IMG/VR virus record: IMGVR_UViG_3300021365_000003
Length of the DNA: 64,000 nt
Reading direction: 5' to 3' (one strand)
Origin: a virus
The position numbers were made by a program, and so were the translations under genes. The notes beneath the pieces are model-generated. The model was not told the DNA's origin. It saw nothing but the letters and a program-made list of their open reading frames with translations, and did no database searches. Below are positions 43,912 to 53,422 of this stretch, piece by piece. Each line of letters opens with the position of its first letter. Positions within the stretch are counted from its first letter, which is position 1.

Positions 43912-44530
43912 ATACTGTAAATCAGAATCAAAAGCTAGAAGAGAAGAGCTATACGGCACACTAATCCAACCTGCTTTTGACGAGTTAGTTGATAAGATTG
44001 TTTATACCTATAAGTTTAACTCACTTCCAAATTGCGATATTCTAAAAGAAGATTGTAAAGTCTTTTTGGTTACAATCTTAGAAAAGTTTGATGTTGAAAA
44101 GGGTTATAAAGCCTTTACTTACTTTTCAGTGATCACAAAGAACTGGTTTATTGCCGAGACCAAGAAAAGAAAAAAGAAGCTTCAAAAAGAAGTTGCCTTG
44201 GATGTTTCTGATACAATGATGGATGAAAAGCTTATCGTTCGAAACACTTACATCCAAGATCGCACAAAAGCAGAGTTCATTGAGGTGCTCCACGAAGAAA
44301 TAGTATGGTGGAAGGAAGAAACATCCAGCGCTCAAGATAGAAAAATCTTAGAAGCAGTCGAAGTTTTATTTGAGTCAGTAGAGCAGATTGACATTTTTAA
44401 CAAAAAAGCTGTGTATGTTTACCTGCGGGAGATTACCGGCTTTAGCACAAAGCAAATAACTTCTTCTCTAACAAAAGTAAGAAAAAAATATCGAAATCTA
44501 AGAGCCGAGTGGGACAACGGAGAAATCTAA
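43826..44530 (+). CDS. phage late sigma factor (gp55-like)
   Basis: YFT...KFDVEKGYKAFTYFSVITKN region-2 pattern; positioned just before structural genes. Confidence 0.7.
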   Translation: MTVKKRRKSKYPKKKNMYFTQVHEDAILEYCKSESKARREELYGTLIQPAFDELVDKIVYTYKFNSLPNCDILKEDCKVFLVTILEKFDVEKGYKAFTYFSVITKNWFIAETKKRKKKLQKEVALDVSDTMMDEKLIVRNTYIQDRTKAEFIEVLHEEIVWWKEETSSAQDRKILEAVEVLFESVEQIDIFNKKAVYVYLREITGFSTKQITSSLTKVRKKYRNLRAEWDNGEI

Positions 44531-44563
44531 GGCGGAACTATTTATCTTAAGAGGTAGTTTTGT

Positions 44564-46084
44564 ATGGCAAATACACCACGTCGACAAAGACCAGAAAGAT
44601 TTGGGTCTTATAATAATATAAGTCCAAATAACTATTCAAACTCTGAAAAGGTTTTGGATGTAAGAACCGGAATATTAGAACCTTTTTATCAAATGGTTCA
44701 AAGCACCCTGCAAAATTCTTATAGTACCGACACTTTATCAAGTTTCGGGAACCTGTTCAGGGCAAAAGTACTTGGCGTGACAGCCGGCCGCCCAGCCCGC
44801 CATCTATACCCCGGTTTGTATGCCAGTTCGGCAAAAATGCCAGAGGAAATGCCTGAATATTTTATTTTTTCCCTGAGAGATGAATCTGATCAGTTTGCGC
44901 CAGATCCTTCTAATTACGCAAACTCACCCGAGCAACATGTTGATATGATGGGGCTTCAAGGTAATGCAATATCAGAAAAGCCGGTTAGTGAAACAATAGA
45001 GTCTTTTGGTCGTGGTGACATTGTTGAGGTATATAAACCAGAACAAAACTCATGGAACGGCGCCGTAGTTAGAAAAGTTGTCGTAAGAAACAACTTTTCT
45101 GAAGGTGTTGTACGAGGCGGTGGAGCGGCATCTCATTTTGGAACCAATCCGTTGGCCGATGGGTTATTTAGAGTTTTCGGAAGTGCGCTAGGCAGCCCGG
45201 GAGGCTTTTTCACACCCAGACTAGCCACTGCGTCAGACATAGAAGGGCGCCTAGGCACACCAGCAGATTGGGAGGTGTTTAGCCCTGGAGTTGTCTATCC
45301 ACCTGGCTCCACACAGTTAACGGAGTTATTTGTCGAAGCCGCCAGAAGAGAAGAAGGTATGCCTGAGCAATGGGGGCGCCTCCCTGGCCTAGTCGGCTCT
45401 AGAAGAGATATAGATGGCGGCGGGTTGGTTTCACGTGAGTCTGGTGGTGTTGTTGGTCGACTAAACTACAAATTTGAATTTTCACGTGATCCCAGTTTTA
45501 GACTGCCACAACCATGGACGGAAGACATCGACGGAGGCAAGAACCCAGAAAATATAGTAGCCGGAATAAATTGGGTCCAGAACCCCTCGCACCTGCGATC
45601 TGCGTCTCACCCCGAACGGGGTGTTAGACTACCAGACGGAATAAACTCATCAGCTATAGGCCTAGGACAGCTGCTTTCTTCTGTTGGTTATGTTAACATG
45701 CCACTAAATTATGGAGGCTATGGTATACCAATGCAAGAAGCGAGAGGTATGCTAAAATATATTAAAGGGCGATATGGGCACCCTACCGCCGGCTACTCGT
45801 TTCACAACTTTCCTGGCCCAACCGGCGATCGTGTATATTATATTGGAAATGCCGGAAGACACCATAGCGAGGCAGTCAGGGTAGAAAAACGTGACGGGGA
45901 TTATTATCGCACTGATACTGGCGCAGAGGTGGCCAGAGGTGACATCCACTTTACTCTCGACGAAGCTCACAACCGGGTGCGCTACTCTGGTTTCTTTAAA
46001 GAAAGGAGCGCATCAGGCCAAATGATAACATCTGGCTTCGACGAATTCGGCCGACAAGAAGTCAAAGCGCACGAAGGATATTAA
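44564..46084 (+). CDS. virion/baseplate protein with lytic transglycosylase-like domain
   Basis: SRESGG...SSAIGLGQLL...YIKGRYG; late promoter; baseplate context. Confidence 0.65.
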   Translation: MANTPRRQRPERFGSYNNISPNNYSNSEKVLDVRTGILEPFYQMVQSTLQNSYSTDTLSSFGNLFRAKVLGVTAGRPARHLYPGLYASSAKMPEEMPEYFIFSLRDESDQFAPDPSNYANSPEQHVDMMGLQGNAISEKPVSETIESFGRGDIVEVYKPEQNSWNGAVVRKVVVRNNFSEGVVRGGGAASHFGTNPLADGLFRVFGSALGSPGGFFTPRLATASDIEGRLGTPADWEVFSPGVVYPPGSTQLTELFVEAARREEGMPEQWGRLPGLVGSRRDIDGGGLVSRESGGVVGRLNYKFEFSRDPSFRLPQPWTEDIDGGKNPENIVAGINWVQNPSHLRSASHPERGVRLPDGINSSAIGLGQLLSSVGYVNMPLNYGGYGIPMQEARGMLKYIKGRYGHPTAGYSFHNFPGPTGDRVYYIGNAGRHHSEAVRVEKRDGDYYRTDTGAEVARGDIHFTLDEAHNRVRYSGFFKERSASGQMITSGFDEFGRQEVKAHEGY

Positions 46085-46375
46085 ATGAAAAACCTAGACG
46101 AAACATTATCAAGCGCCCTAGACAACATTGAGGAAGACAGGGCAACAACAAAAGAACTTCTCCAAGACCTAATGAAATACCTAGGCGCAGCCGAAGAACG
46201 TCACAGAGAAGTTGGCCCTGTTGCTGCTAAATATGTTGAAACTCTACAACGATCCAATGAGCAGTTAGTAAAGGTTGCTGCTTTGATGCAAAAACAAAAA
46301 ACTTCATCTTTTGAGTTCTCGTCATCAGACAAAGATCAGTTATACGACATTATAAACGATAAAGAAGAAGAATAA
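46085..46375 (+). CDS. hypothetical coiled-coil protein
   Basis: Tightly packed ORF. Confidence 0.75.
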   Translation: MKNLDETLSSALDNIEEDRATTKELLQDLMKYLGAAEERHREVGPVAAKYVETLQRSNEQLVKVAALMQKQKTSSFEFSSSDKDQLYDIINDKEEE

Positions 46376-47277
46376 TGCCAAGAATAGAAAAACTAAATGA
46401 AAACAATGTTGTATCCAAAGAAGCCAACAAACAGATAGAAGAAAAAACTTTTGAAAAGAACAGTACAGGCTCAGGTATTGGATGCGCCGAAAAGTTTGAG
46501 CCCTTACCAGAGTTTATTTCTGCCAAGTGTGAAAAAGTATTCTCAAACGCAAACTCTTTTATTGTTTTAGGAAGGGACCGCCCAAAGGACCGCCTAACCG
46601 GTTACGGCGGCATTGGAGCACCGGGCGCCCATTCTATTGACTTAGTTGTCGGCCGCAGAGCGCCGGGTGCGCCAAAAGACGAAAAGGTTTTTGTCGATCC
46701 TAACTTTATAACAGACGCTGCCAGAGTTTACATTGCCGAGAAGACAGACGTAGATCAAAACTTTAAAATCACCAGCAAGAATTCTCCAAACGCCATTGCT
46801 CGCTCTGCCGTCGCTCTAAAAGCAGACGCTATAAGAATAATAGCAGACGACGCTGGAATAAAGCTTGTAACAAAGGTCAATAACAGAAACTCCAATGGAA
46901 AACTAATCAACCGGTCTCTTGGAGTGGACCTGATAGGTGGGAATGATGACTCGGATCTACAGCCTATGGTAAAAGGAGAGAACTTAGTTGAGTTTCTAAA
47001 CAAACTTATAAAGCAGATCAGCGATACAAACGGTCTTGTAATGGAAATGTCCAAGGCGATGCTTACTTATGAAACCGGCATCTTGTTAGCTCTAGGAGTG
47101 CCGTGGCCAGGAAATGGCACCGTCGCAACCGTCCCCACTGTGCTCAAGTCCCTAGAGGACACAAAGATTATCTTAAAAGGTATCTCACAAAAGATAAGTT
47201 TGACATCAGACACAGTAAACTATTTAACTAGCATTGGCTATAAAGACATACTTTCTAGTTATCATAGAGTAAACTAA
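46375..47277 (+). CDS. putative baseplate hub/spike protein
   Basis: IVLGRDR, IDLVVGR, ADAIRI, QPMVKGENL; position before the gp25-like gene. Confidence 0.6.
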   Translation: MPRIEKLNENNVVSKEANKQIEEKTFEKNSTGSGIGCAEKFEPLPEFISAKCEKVFSNANSFIVLGRDRPKDRLTGYGGIGAPGAHSIDLVVGRRAPGAPKDEKVFVDPNFITDAARVYIAEKTDVDQNFKITSKNSPNAIARSAVALKADAIRIIADDAGIKLVTKVNNRNSNGKLINRSLGVDLIGGNDDSDLQPMVKGENLVEFLNKLIKQISDTNGLVMEMSKAMLTYETGILLALGVPWPGNGTVATVPTVLKSLEDTKIILKGISQKISLTSDTVNYLTSIGYKDILSSYHRVN

Positions 47278-50200
47278 TGATTTTTGAAGAACTAATACTA
47301 AATAAAGTTAGCGAAATAGAGACGTCCAACCCTGGAGGCTTATCCTCAGTTGCAGCAATCTATGTAGAAACTAGATTCAGCATAAAGAACTCAGGCGGAA
47401 TTGACCTACCTTCTTTGAGGACCAACCTAAAAACAGAAGCTATTAACATTTTCTCCTTATATTATGCAAACCTTGGAAAGGGTGCGGCCTTCTTTACAAA
47501 CAATACAGTTGACGGAACTGCAATAACGTCAGAGGGGGATAGGATCACACTAGAAAGGGTTGAATTTATAAACCTAGGCGAAGAAGAATGTGAAGATGTT
47601 GTATTTAAAAAGGTTTTCTTCATACCACTAGACTTACTGAAGCCCCCTGCCGGCACAGGCTCTGCTGGTGAAGACCCTATTTTATACCCCAGCGAAGATT
47701 TACCGACAATTGCAAGAATAAAGATCTGCAACTATAGAGACTTTAAAAAGAAAGTTAGGTTCATACAAACGTTTATGAAGATCAACTTCCTAGCGTTACA
47801 AAGGCCAACAAGCCGTAGCATAGTAAAAGGAATCAACTTTAGAAAGTTCTCAACTAAAAAGAAGCAGCTAACCAAGCTTGCAAGCTTCCTAGACACTGTT
47901 ATCCCAAACAAGCCAAACAAAGATGGTGAAAGCATAACCATACACTTTGCAGACAACTTTCAGACCATATCCAAGATCGAGTATGTAAACGAAAAAGTAA
48001 GTAACGAAATACAATTAGTTTTTCGTCAATCAGCTGAAGAGTTTGAGACTAGGAAATACAAAGCCCTCAATGACGCTCGGGCAAACTTTTATCTTTATAA
48101 CTTTGAATCAATTTATCCAGACCTATTTGCGACAACATTCAGAGGGCTGAACATAAAGTTTGACAACCTGGTAAGAAGAAACTTTATAGCGCCCAATGTA
48201 GAAATCGTACAAAATGATTGTTTGGCTGCTGCTAACTCCCGCCAAAACGTATCCGCTGCTGACATTACAGCAAGGATTAGACAAAGTTTATCAGACGTGC
48301 CCACGAAAGAAGCCAGATCTCTACTGAAGGACAACCCCTTCAAAACCGCCGAGGACCTTATAGACGAAAGCGGATTCCTAGAAAATAGTGATATTAGGGA
48401 CGCTATGAAGCAAACTCTGAGAAAAGAGTTTCTTGTTGGGGGAAGTTCAATAAAGGACGAGGTGACAGACTTCTTCGAACAACTTCAGAAGGCTGGCAAT
48501 TTTATTAGTAGCGATCAGGACTCAAAAAAACTCTCAAAGTTTGGCCAGTTTGCAAACTCTATAGAATGGCAGCAAATTTTAGCAATTGCATTAGCGAGCA
48601 CAGCCTCAAGATATGGTATCGACGAAATCTTAGATGATAGTTTTGTCAAGAAAATAATGGCTGAACGCATTTCTAAGTTTTTCAATGATCCAAGAACTAT
48701 AAACACTTTAATGTCAGGGCTTCCACCCGCTGCCCTGCAAAGAGCTGCTTTATTTTTTGCGAGTATCGACTTGGCCAACTCGGTAGGTGGTGGATTCTCC
48801 ATAGAGGAAAGAAGACTACGAAGACTGAACACCTTGCTTGATGAGCGTGCAGGTCTAGTGGAAGAAGAGCGACAAATAATACAAGAAGGAACAGCAGAAG
48901 AAATAGCAGAAATCCGTAACCGTCGAGATGAGTTAGAAGCTAGGATCGAGATAGCAAAAGAAAGGTTGAATGGGCCAGCTGGTTTAGCCGGCCTATCAGC
49001 CGATATCGAAGCCGAACAAGAGGAAGAAAATAAAGATGATATATATATCGACGAGTTACAGAGTGTATTAGAAACACTTGAAGGCATCGGAGATCTATCA
49101 ACCGTTGAGATGCCAGAGTCAGAAGGGTCTTTCCTCGCAAGGCAATTTCTTGGCACCGATCTAGATGAGACAGCTAATCTCGAAGACATTGAAGCTGAAG
49201 AAGAGCCCGGCGCTGGTAATTCACGTGAACCCCAAGCCGGACTTGAACTGAATTCTACAAAAAAAGAAAAGAGAACAAGACTAGTCAACATAGCAAGGGG
49301 CACCGATTTTACACCCGAAATGAAAAACGAACTAATCGATTTAATTATTGGTTTGTCAAACTGCGATCGTCAAAACAATGCTGAGGTCTATACAGAGTTT
49401 ATAATGTTCTTAGTTGACGAACTAGGTGCGCCCATCTTGGAATACTTTGATGAGTGGTCTGAGTGGCTAAATGCTTGGGACGTGAAAAATTTAGACTTCT
49501 GTAACCTACCAGATCTAAATTTACCAGACTTTAAGTTATTTCCTTTAAACATTAGATTACCAGAAATATCAATGCCTGACATTTTTGGTTTCATTTTAGG
49601 CTCAGTTTTATCAATTCTGTATGCTCTCTTGTTAAGGTTGATAAATGCACTGGTTCAGTTCTTATTATCACTGATACCTGACTTTATTTTTGATTTTGAG
49701 CCCTGCGAGTTTGCAAACGCCCTGCGTGATTTTGGCCAAACTCTTGCCGGTGCTATTTGTGCTGGTCTAGATGGTGTCGACCTGCCTTCTGTCGCTGCCT
49801 GTAGCGTCCTAACACCGAGAATAGGCAACCAAAGAAACAATCGTGACTTGCTCAACTTTTTTAAAGATGCTTGCGGAAAAGGCATTTTACCTGGACCCGA
49901 TCTAGCACGCCTGCTTGATGGCGATGCCAGTGAGGGCACCTTCCAAAGAGCAGACGTCTATTTCAGAGCAATCAATTCCGATTTAGCATCAGAAATAAGG
50001 CTAAACCCAAGTATCCTTTCAGATGCTGGCTCAGCAATGGGTAGTATCATTGGCATAGGCGACTTGCTTGACACACTAGATGGCTTCTCACCCCAACTAC
50101 CGGGCCTGAGCGCAAACGGCTTTGTAAACAACTTAGACTTATGTTCAGATCCTAGTATTTCTGACTTGATTGATCAACTGTGCACAGAACCAAATCCAGC

Positions 50201-52877
50201 ATTGAGAGAAGAGCTAGAAAAGATTTTACAACAACAAAGAGAAGCAGATAAGGACGATGCCGCAAAGATCTTTAAATATCTTACAGATCCAGAAAGCCTT
50301 ACAAGGGAGATAGAGGATCAACTTCCAAACCAAGCTCACCCCTCACTATTGATCCCACAGTTAGCAGCTGCCGGACAAACCAATGAACTACCGGTAATCA
50401 AGAACACACCAAAATTCGCCCTAAACAGAGACCAGGAGGCCCTAGGAGAGCTTCATGAAGATGGCATAAAGGCTAGATTAGGCAGCTTGGATGCTTGCAT
50501 AACAGCGTATGGCAAGTCCCTTATGAAAAGATCAAAAAACTATGAGGACAAAATTGATAAACTAAGTTCTCCTCTGAGGTCGGGTGTTGATCCAGAGAAC
50601 GGCCCGATTGACGTTCCGCTTCCGCAAGGCGCTGGTGGTGGCTTCTTAACAGCAGCTTTTAATAATGACTTATTTTACTTAGATGAAATGCCAGAAGCCG
50701 CAAGAGAGATGGCAGCGGGATATGCAGATTTGCCTAAAATAGTTGATTGGTCAGAAAGTTTTGACATAGGGTTAAAATTCTATGAAGAACAAGTATACAC
50801 CCCGCTCACAGAGGCGCTGTCGATTCCCGTTTTGAACAACCCCCTCAATGGCCTACTTACCGATGAGGATTTGTACAGCACATCATTTGGCGCCCTGAAT
50901 ACCCAAAGGATAAAAGAAGGTCAGTTTGTTAGGCAGGCCCTGGAGAAAGTTCGATTTCACGATGAAGTCGACTTTAATGCTTTATCTAGGCAAATAGAGG
51001 CGATGGGCAAAGACATAACTATCGCTTCTTTGAGAAATCGATTAGAAAATGCCGGCATTGACTTAGAGCCCGCCGTTGTCGACGAGCTAATGACAGAAAG
51101 CGAAGAGCTTCCGCCAGCAGCTGCAGAGGGCGATGAGCGAGAGCTTCCGGTTGCTGATAATTCAAATCTTCTACCATCTTCGCAGTTAGAAGGCATAATG
51201 GAAAATTATCTGAACGGATCTTTTAAACAAGAAAAAACTTATAAAAGATTTATCAAGGAACTTCCAGAATATTCCCAACTTTTATTAACAAAAACAGATG
51301 ATGAAGTTGTTAGCATACAAGAAAACATAAAAGCAATCTTTACTTGCATTCTTCTTGAAGACGCCCATTTAAGATTTGCGGTCTTAGATGCAGGAGGAAG
51401 AATTTTTTCAACTAACAATCTCTCAACGGCTACTTACAATCGATCGCTCTTGGCAAAAACGCTAGAAATAAAGAAAAAAATCAATATGTTATTTTTTGAT
51501 TTTGAGGTTAATTATCTTAATAATAAAATTCGTGGCTGGAATGCTATCTCATATTATGTATATGAAATAGCAAAAACAACCAACCAGCTAACTTCTCTTA
51601 ACAATACACTGGGCCGCCGTGCCACGCCTCAAGATTTAATGTATCTATTATTAGAAGAGGCTATTTCTTCTGTATCTAAATCTTTTATTACAAATCGATC
51701 TGTCTTAAGAGATGACAACTTACAATATTCGAACGTTATTGAAGGTAGCACAGATAATTCAATTATATACAACTTTAAAACACCAAATCTTTTAGTGGGC
51801 CATCTTAGCGAGACGGTATATGACTTGGCGATGGGCGAGCCGGACACCATTGGCGGCTTGGTCCCCCTCGTCGAAGAGCCGAGGCAGACCTTTCAATCTT
51901 TGACAAAAATGCTTAAATACTCACTAGCGCCCGATGGCTCAGAGCAGACTTTCTTGACGTCAAATGTGTCTTTTGTTGTCACTCTCAAGTCCCCACACAC
52001 TCTGGGCGACGCCCTTAATGGAGTAGATCTTGCTAGCATTACTTCAGAAGAACAACGCAGCGGCACAAATTCGTCAAGTACTTCGGTTACCGCCGATGGC
52101 GCCGGCAAGGGACTCTTACAGGGTGCGGTCCTCAACTCTCTCATAGATGGAGAACCTGTTCTTTTGAGTTATGATGATGTTTTTGGGGACAACGAAGGTA
52201 GCAAACCTTTGATGCATAAACTGTATGACTATGCGGAAAGGCAGCCTAATCTTCCAGCGGGGTATGAACTTGCCGACGATCTAAACGATTTTATATTTAA
52301 AAATTTTAATATTAAAATAAAGTATAGAGTGTTTGTTTCCTACGCAACAAAGCGTTTGCCAATTTTCAACCCCACCCGTCGCTTAAGGAGTGATCCTTTT
52401 CTGGAGATTCGTAGGGAGTACTCTGAGCTTGGTACCGATGGAGAAGCTGATACTCTAGGCCTGTACAAAGATCAAAAGATAAGCGTTATGTTTGCTAGAC
52501 ACAATGAAGAATCATATGGTGCTACTTTTATAATGACTGAACTTTGTTCGTTCGAATATCCAGTTCCTGACTATAGCATGATTGAAGACAATCAAGATTT
52601 ACTCACCGAAGGTAATTTTATTTCAAAACTAATGATAGCCGATAACGTCACGGAATTAGCTAATAATTTCAAAGGTGATGCTTCTATTAACATTTTCTTA
52701 TCTTGTATGCTACCAGTTCCAAACATTATAAATCAAGCAACTAGTTATTCTGTAGAGGGAGTTCAAGACCAGCTAGGTAGTTCTTCGGGTGAGGTTAGGG
52801 ACATAATCTTCAAACCTGTAAAAATACAAAATATGATTTGCGCAATGGTAAGCAAGAGGCTCTTAAAGAATGTCTAA
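47277..52877 (+). CDS. large structural hypothetical protein (1866 aa)
   Basis: Long ORF in the baseplate module. Confidence 0.75.
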   Translation: MIFEELILNKVSEIETSNPGGLSSVAAIYVETRFSIKNSGGIDLPSLRTNLKTEAINIFSLYYANLGKGAAFFTNNTVDGTAITSEGDRITLERVEFINLGEEECEDVVFKKVFFIPLDLLKPPAGTGSAGEDPILYPSEDLPTIARIKICNYRDFKKKVRFIQTFMKINFLALQRPTSRSIVKGINFRKFSTKKKQLTKLASFLDTVIPNKPNKDGESITIHFADNFQTISKIEYVNEKVSNEIQLVFRQSAEEFETRKYKALNDARANFYLYNFESIYPDLFATTFRGLNIKFDNLVRRNFIAPNVEIVQNDCLAAANSRQNVSAADITARIRQSLSDVPTKEARSLLKDNPFKTAEDLIDESGFLENSDIRDAMKQTLRKEFLVGGSSIKDEVTDFFEQLQKAGNFISSDQDSKKLSKFGQFANSIEWQQILAIALASTASRYGIDEILDDSFVKKIMAERISKFFNDPRTINTLMSGLPPAALQRAALFFASIDLANSVGGGFSIEERRLRRLNTLLDERAGLVEEERQIIQEGTAEEIAEIRNRRDELEARIEIAKERLNGPAGLAGLSADIEAEQEEENKDDIYIDELQSVLETLEGIGDLSTVEMPESEGSFLARQFLGTDLDETANLEDIEAEEEPGAGNSREPQAGLELNSTKKEKRTRLVNIARGTDFTPEMKNELIDLIIGLSNCDRQNNAEVYTEFIMFLVDELGAPILEYFDEWSEWLNAWDVKNLDFCNLPDLNLPDFKLFPLNIRLPEISMPDIFGFILGSVLSILYALLLRLINALVQFLLSLIPDFIFDFEPCEFANALRDFGQTLAGAICAGLDGVDLPSVAACSVLTPRIGNQRNNRDLLNFFKDACGKGILPGPDLARLLDGDASEGTFQRADVYFRAINSDLASEIRLNPSILSDAGSAMGSIIGIGDLLDTLDGFSPQLPGLSANGFVNNLDLCSDPSISDLIDQLCTEPNPALREELEKILQQQREADKDDAAKIFKYLTDPESLTREIEDQLPNQAHPSLLIPQLAAAGQTNELPVIKNTPKFALNRDQEALGELHEDGIKARLGSLDACITAYGKSLMKRSKNYEDKIDKLSSPLRSGVDPENGPIDVPLPQGAGGGFLTAAFNNDLFYLDEMPEAAREMAAGYADLPKIVDWSESFDIGLKFYEEQVYTPLTEALSIPVLNNPLNGLLTDEDLYSTSFGALNTQRIKEGQFVRQALEKVRFHDEVDFNALSRQIEAMGKDITIASLRNRLENAGIDLEPAVVDELMTESEELPPAAAEGDERELPVADNSNLLPSSQLEGIMENYLNGSFKQEKTYKRFIKELPEYSQLLLTKTDDEVVSIQENIKAIFTCILLEDAHLRFAVLDAGGRIFSTNNLSTATYNRSLLAKTLEIKKKINMLFFDFEVNYLNNKIRGWNAISYYVYEIAKTTNQLTSLNNTLGRRATPQDLMYLLLEEAISSVSKSFITNRSVLRDDNLQYSNVIEGSTDNSIIYNFKTPNLLVGHLSETVYDLAMGEPDTIGGLVPLVEEPRQTFQSLTKMLKYSLAPDGSEQTFLTSNVSFVVTLKSPHTLGDALNGVDLASITSEEQRSGTNSSSTSVTADGAGKGLLQGAVLNSLIDGEPVLLSYDDVFGDNEGSKPLMHKLYDYAERQPNLPAGYELADDLNDFIFKNFNIKIKYRVFVSYATKRLPIFNPTRRLRSDPFLEIRREYSELGTDGEADTLGLYKDQKISVMFARHNEESYGATFIMTELCSFEYPVPDYSMIEDNQDLLTEGNFISKLMIADNVTELANNFKGDASINIFLSCMLPVPNIINQATSYSVEGVQDQLGSSSGEVRDIIFKPVKIQNMICAMVSKRLLKNV

Positions 52878-53403
52878 TAAAAAACAAACAACAAATATTG
52901 ATTTTGATATCTTTGAAAACGATCAGGTTTTCGATACAGCCACTGATGCTGACCGGTTAGTAGACAACTCGCTTGTAATTCCGTCGGACGATCAGATCTT
53001 AACAAGATCTCCTTTCTTATCGGTTAATCTGCCTCTAGACAAGAACACAACAAATGCATCTGCAGACGGATATCAGATGATTCGTGGTTATAGAAACCTA
53101 GTTGTACAAAATTTTAAAAATCTAATGTTAACATCACCAGGTGAAAAGATTATGGATCCTTTATTTGGAGTTGGCGTAAAAAAGTATTTGTTTGAATTGA
53201 GGCAACGTGGGCTGGAGGCAAAATTGGAAGGCCGTATTTATTCACAAACTAAGAAATACCTTTCCTATATAACAATCAGACAAGTGAGTTTTGGCGAACA
53301 ACAGAATGATAACCTTTTGGGTGTAAGCGTGTCTTACCTCATCAACCCATTAAACGTTAGTGCATTCTTTAACTATTCTACAAACACCGAACAAAGCTTA
53401 TAG
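52870..53403 (+). CDS. baseplate wedge protein, gp25/GPW-like
   Basis: QNFKNLMLTSPGEKIMDPLFGVG..YLFE. Confidence 0.9.
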   Translation: MSNKKQTTNIDFDIFENDQVFDTATDADRLVDNSLVIPSDDQILTRSPFLSVNLPLDKNTTNASADGYQMIRGYRNLVVQNFKNLMLTSPGEKIMDPLFGVGVKKYLFELRQRGLEAKLEGRIYSQTKKYLSYITIRQVSFGEQQNDNLLGVSVSYLINPLNVSAFFNYSTNTEQSL

Positions 53404-53422
53404 GCCCTAGAGGAGAAACCAA

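Noticed and set aside
48515-49303. 262-aa minus-strand ORF
   Set aside because: Ser-rich antisense shadow of the Glu-rich 1866-aa gene
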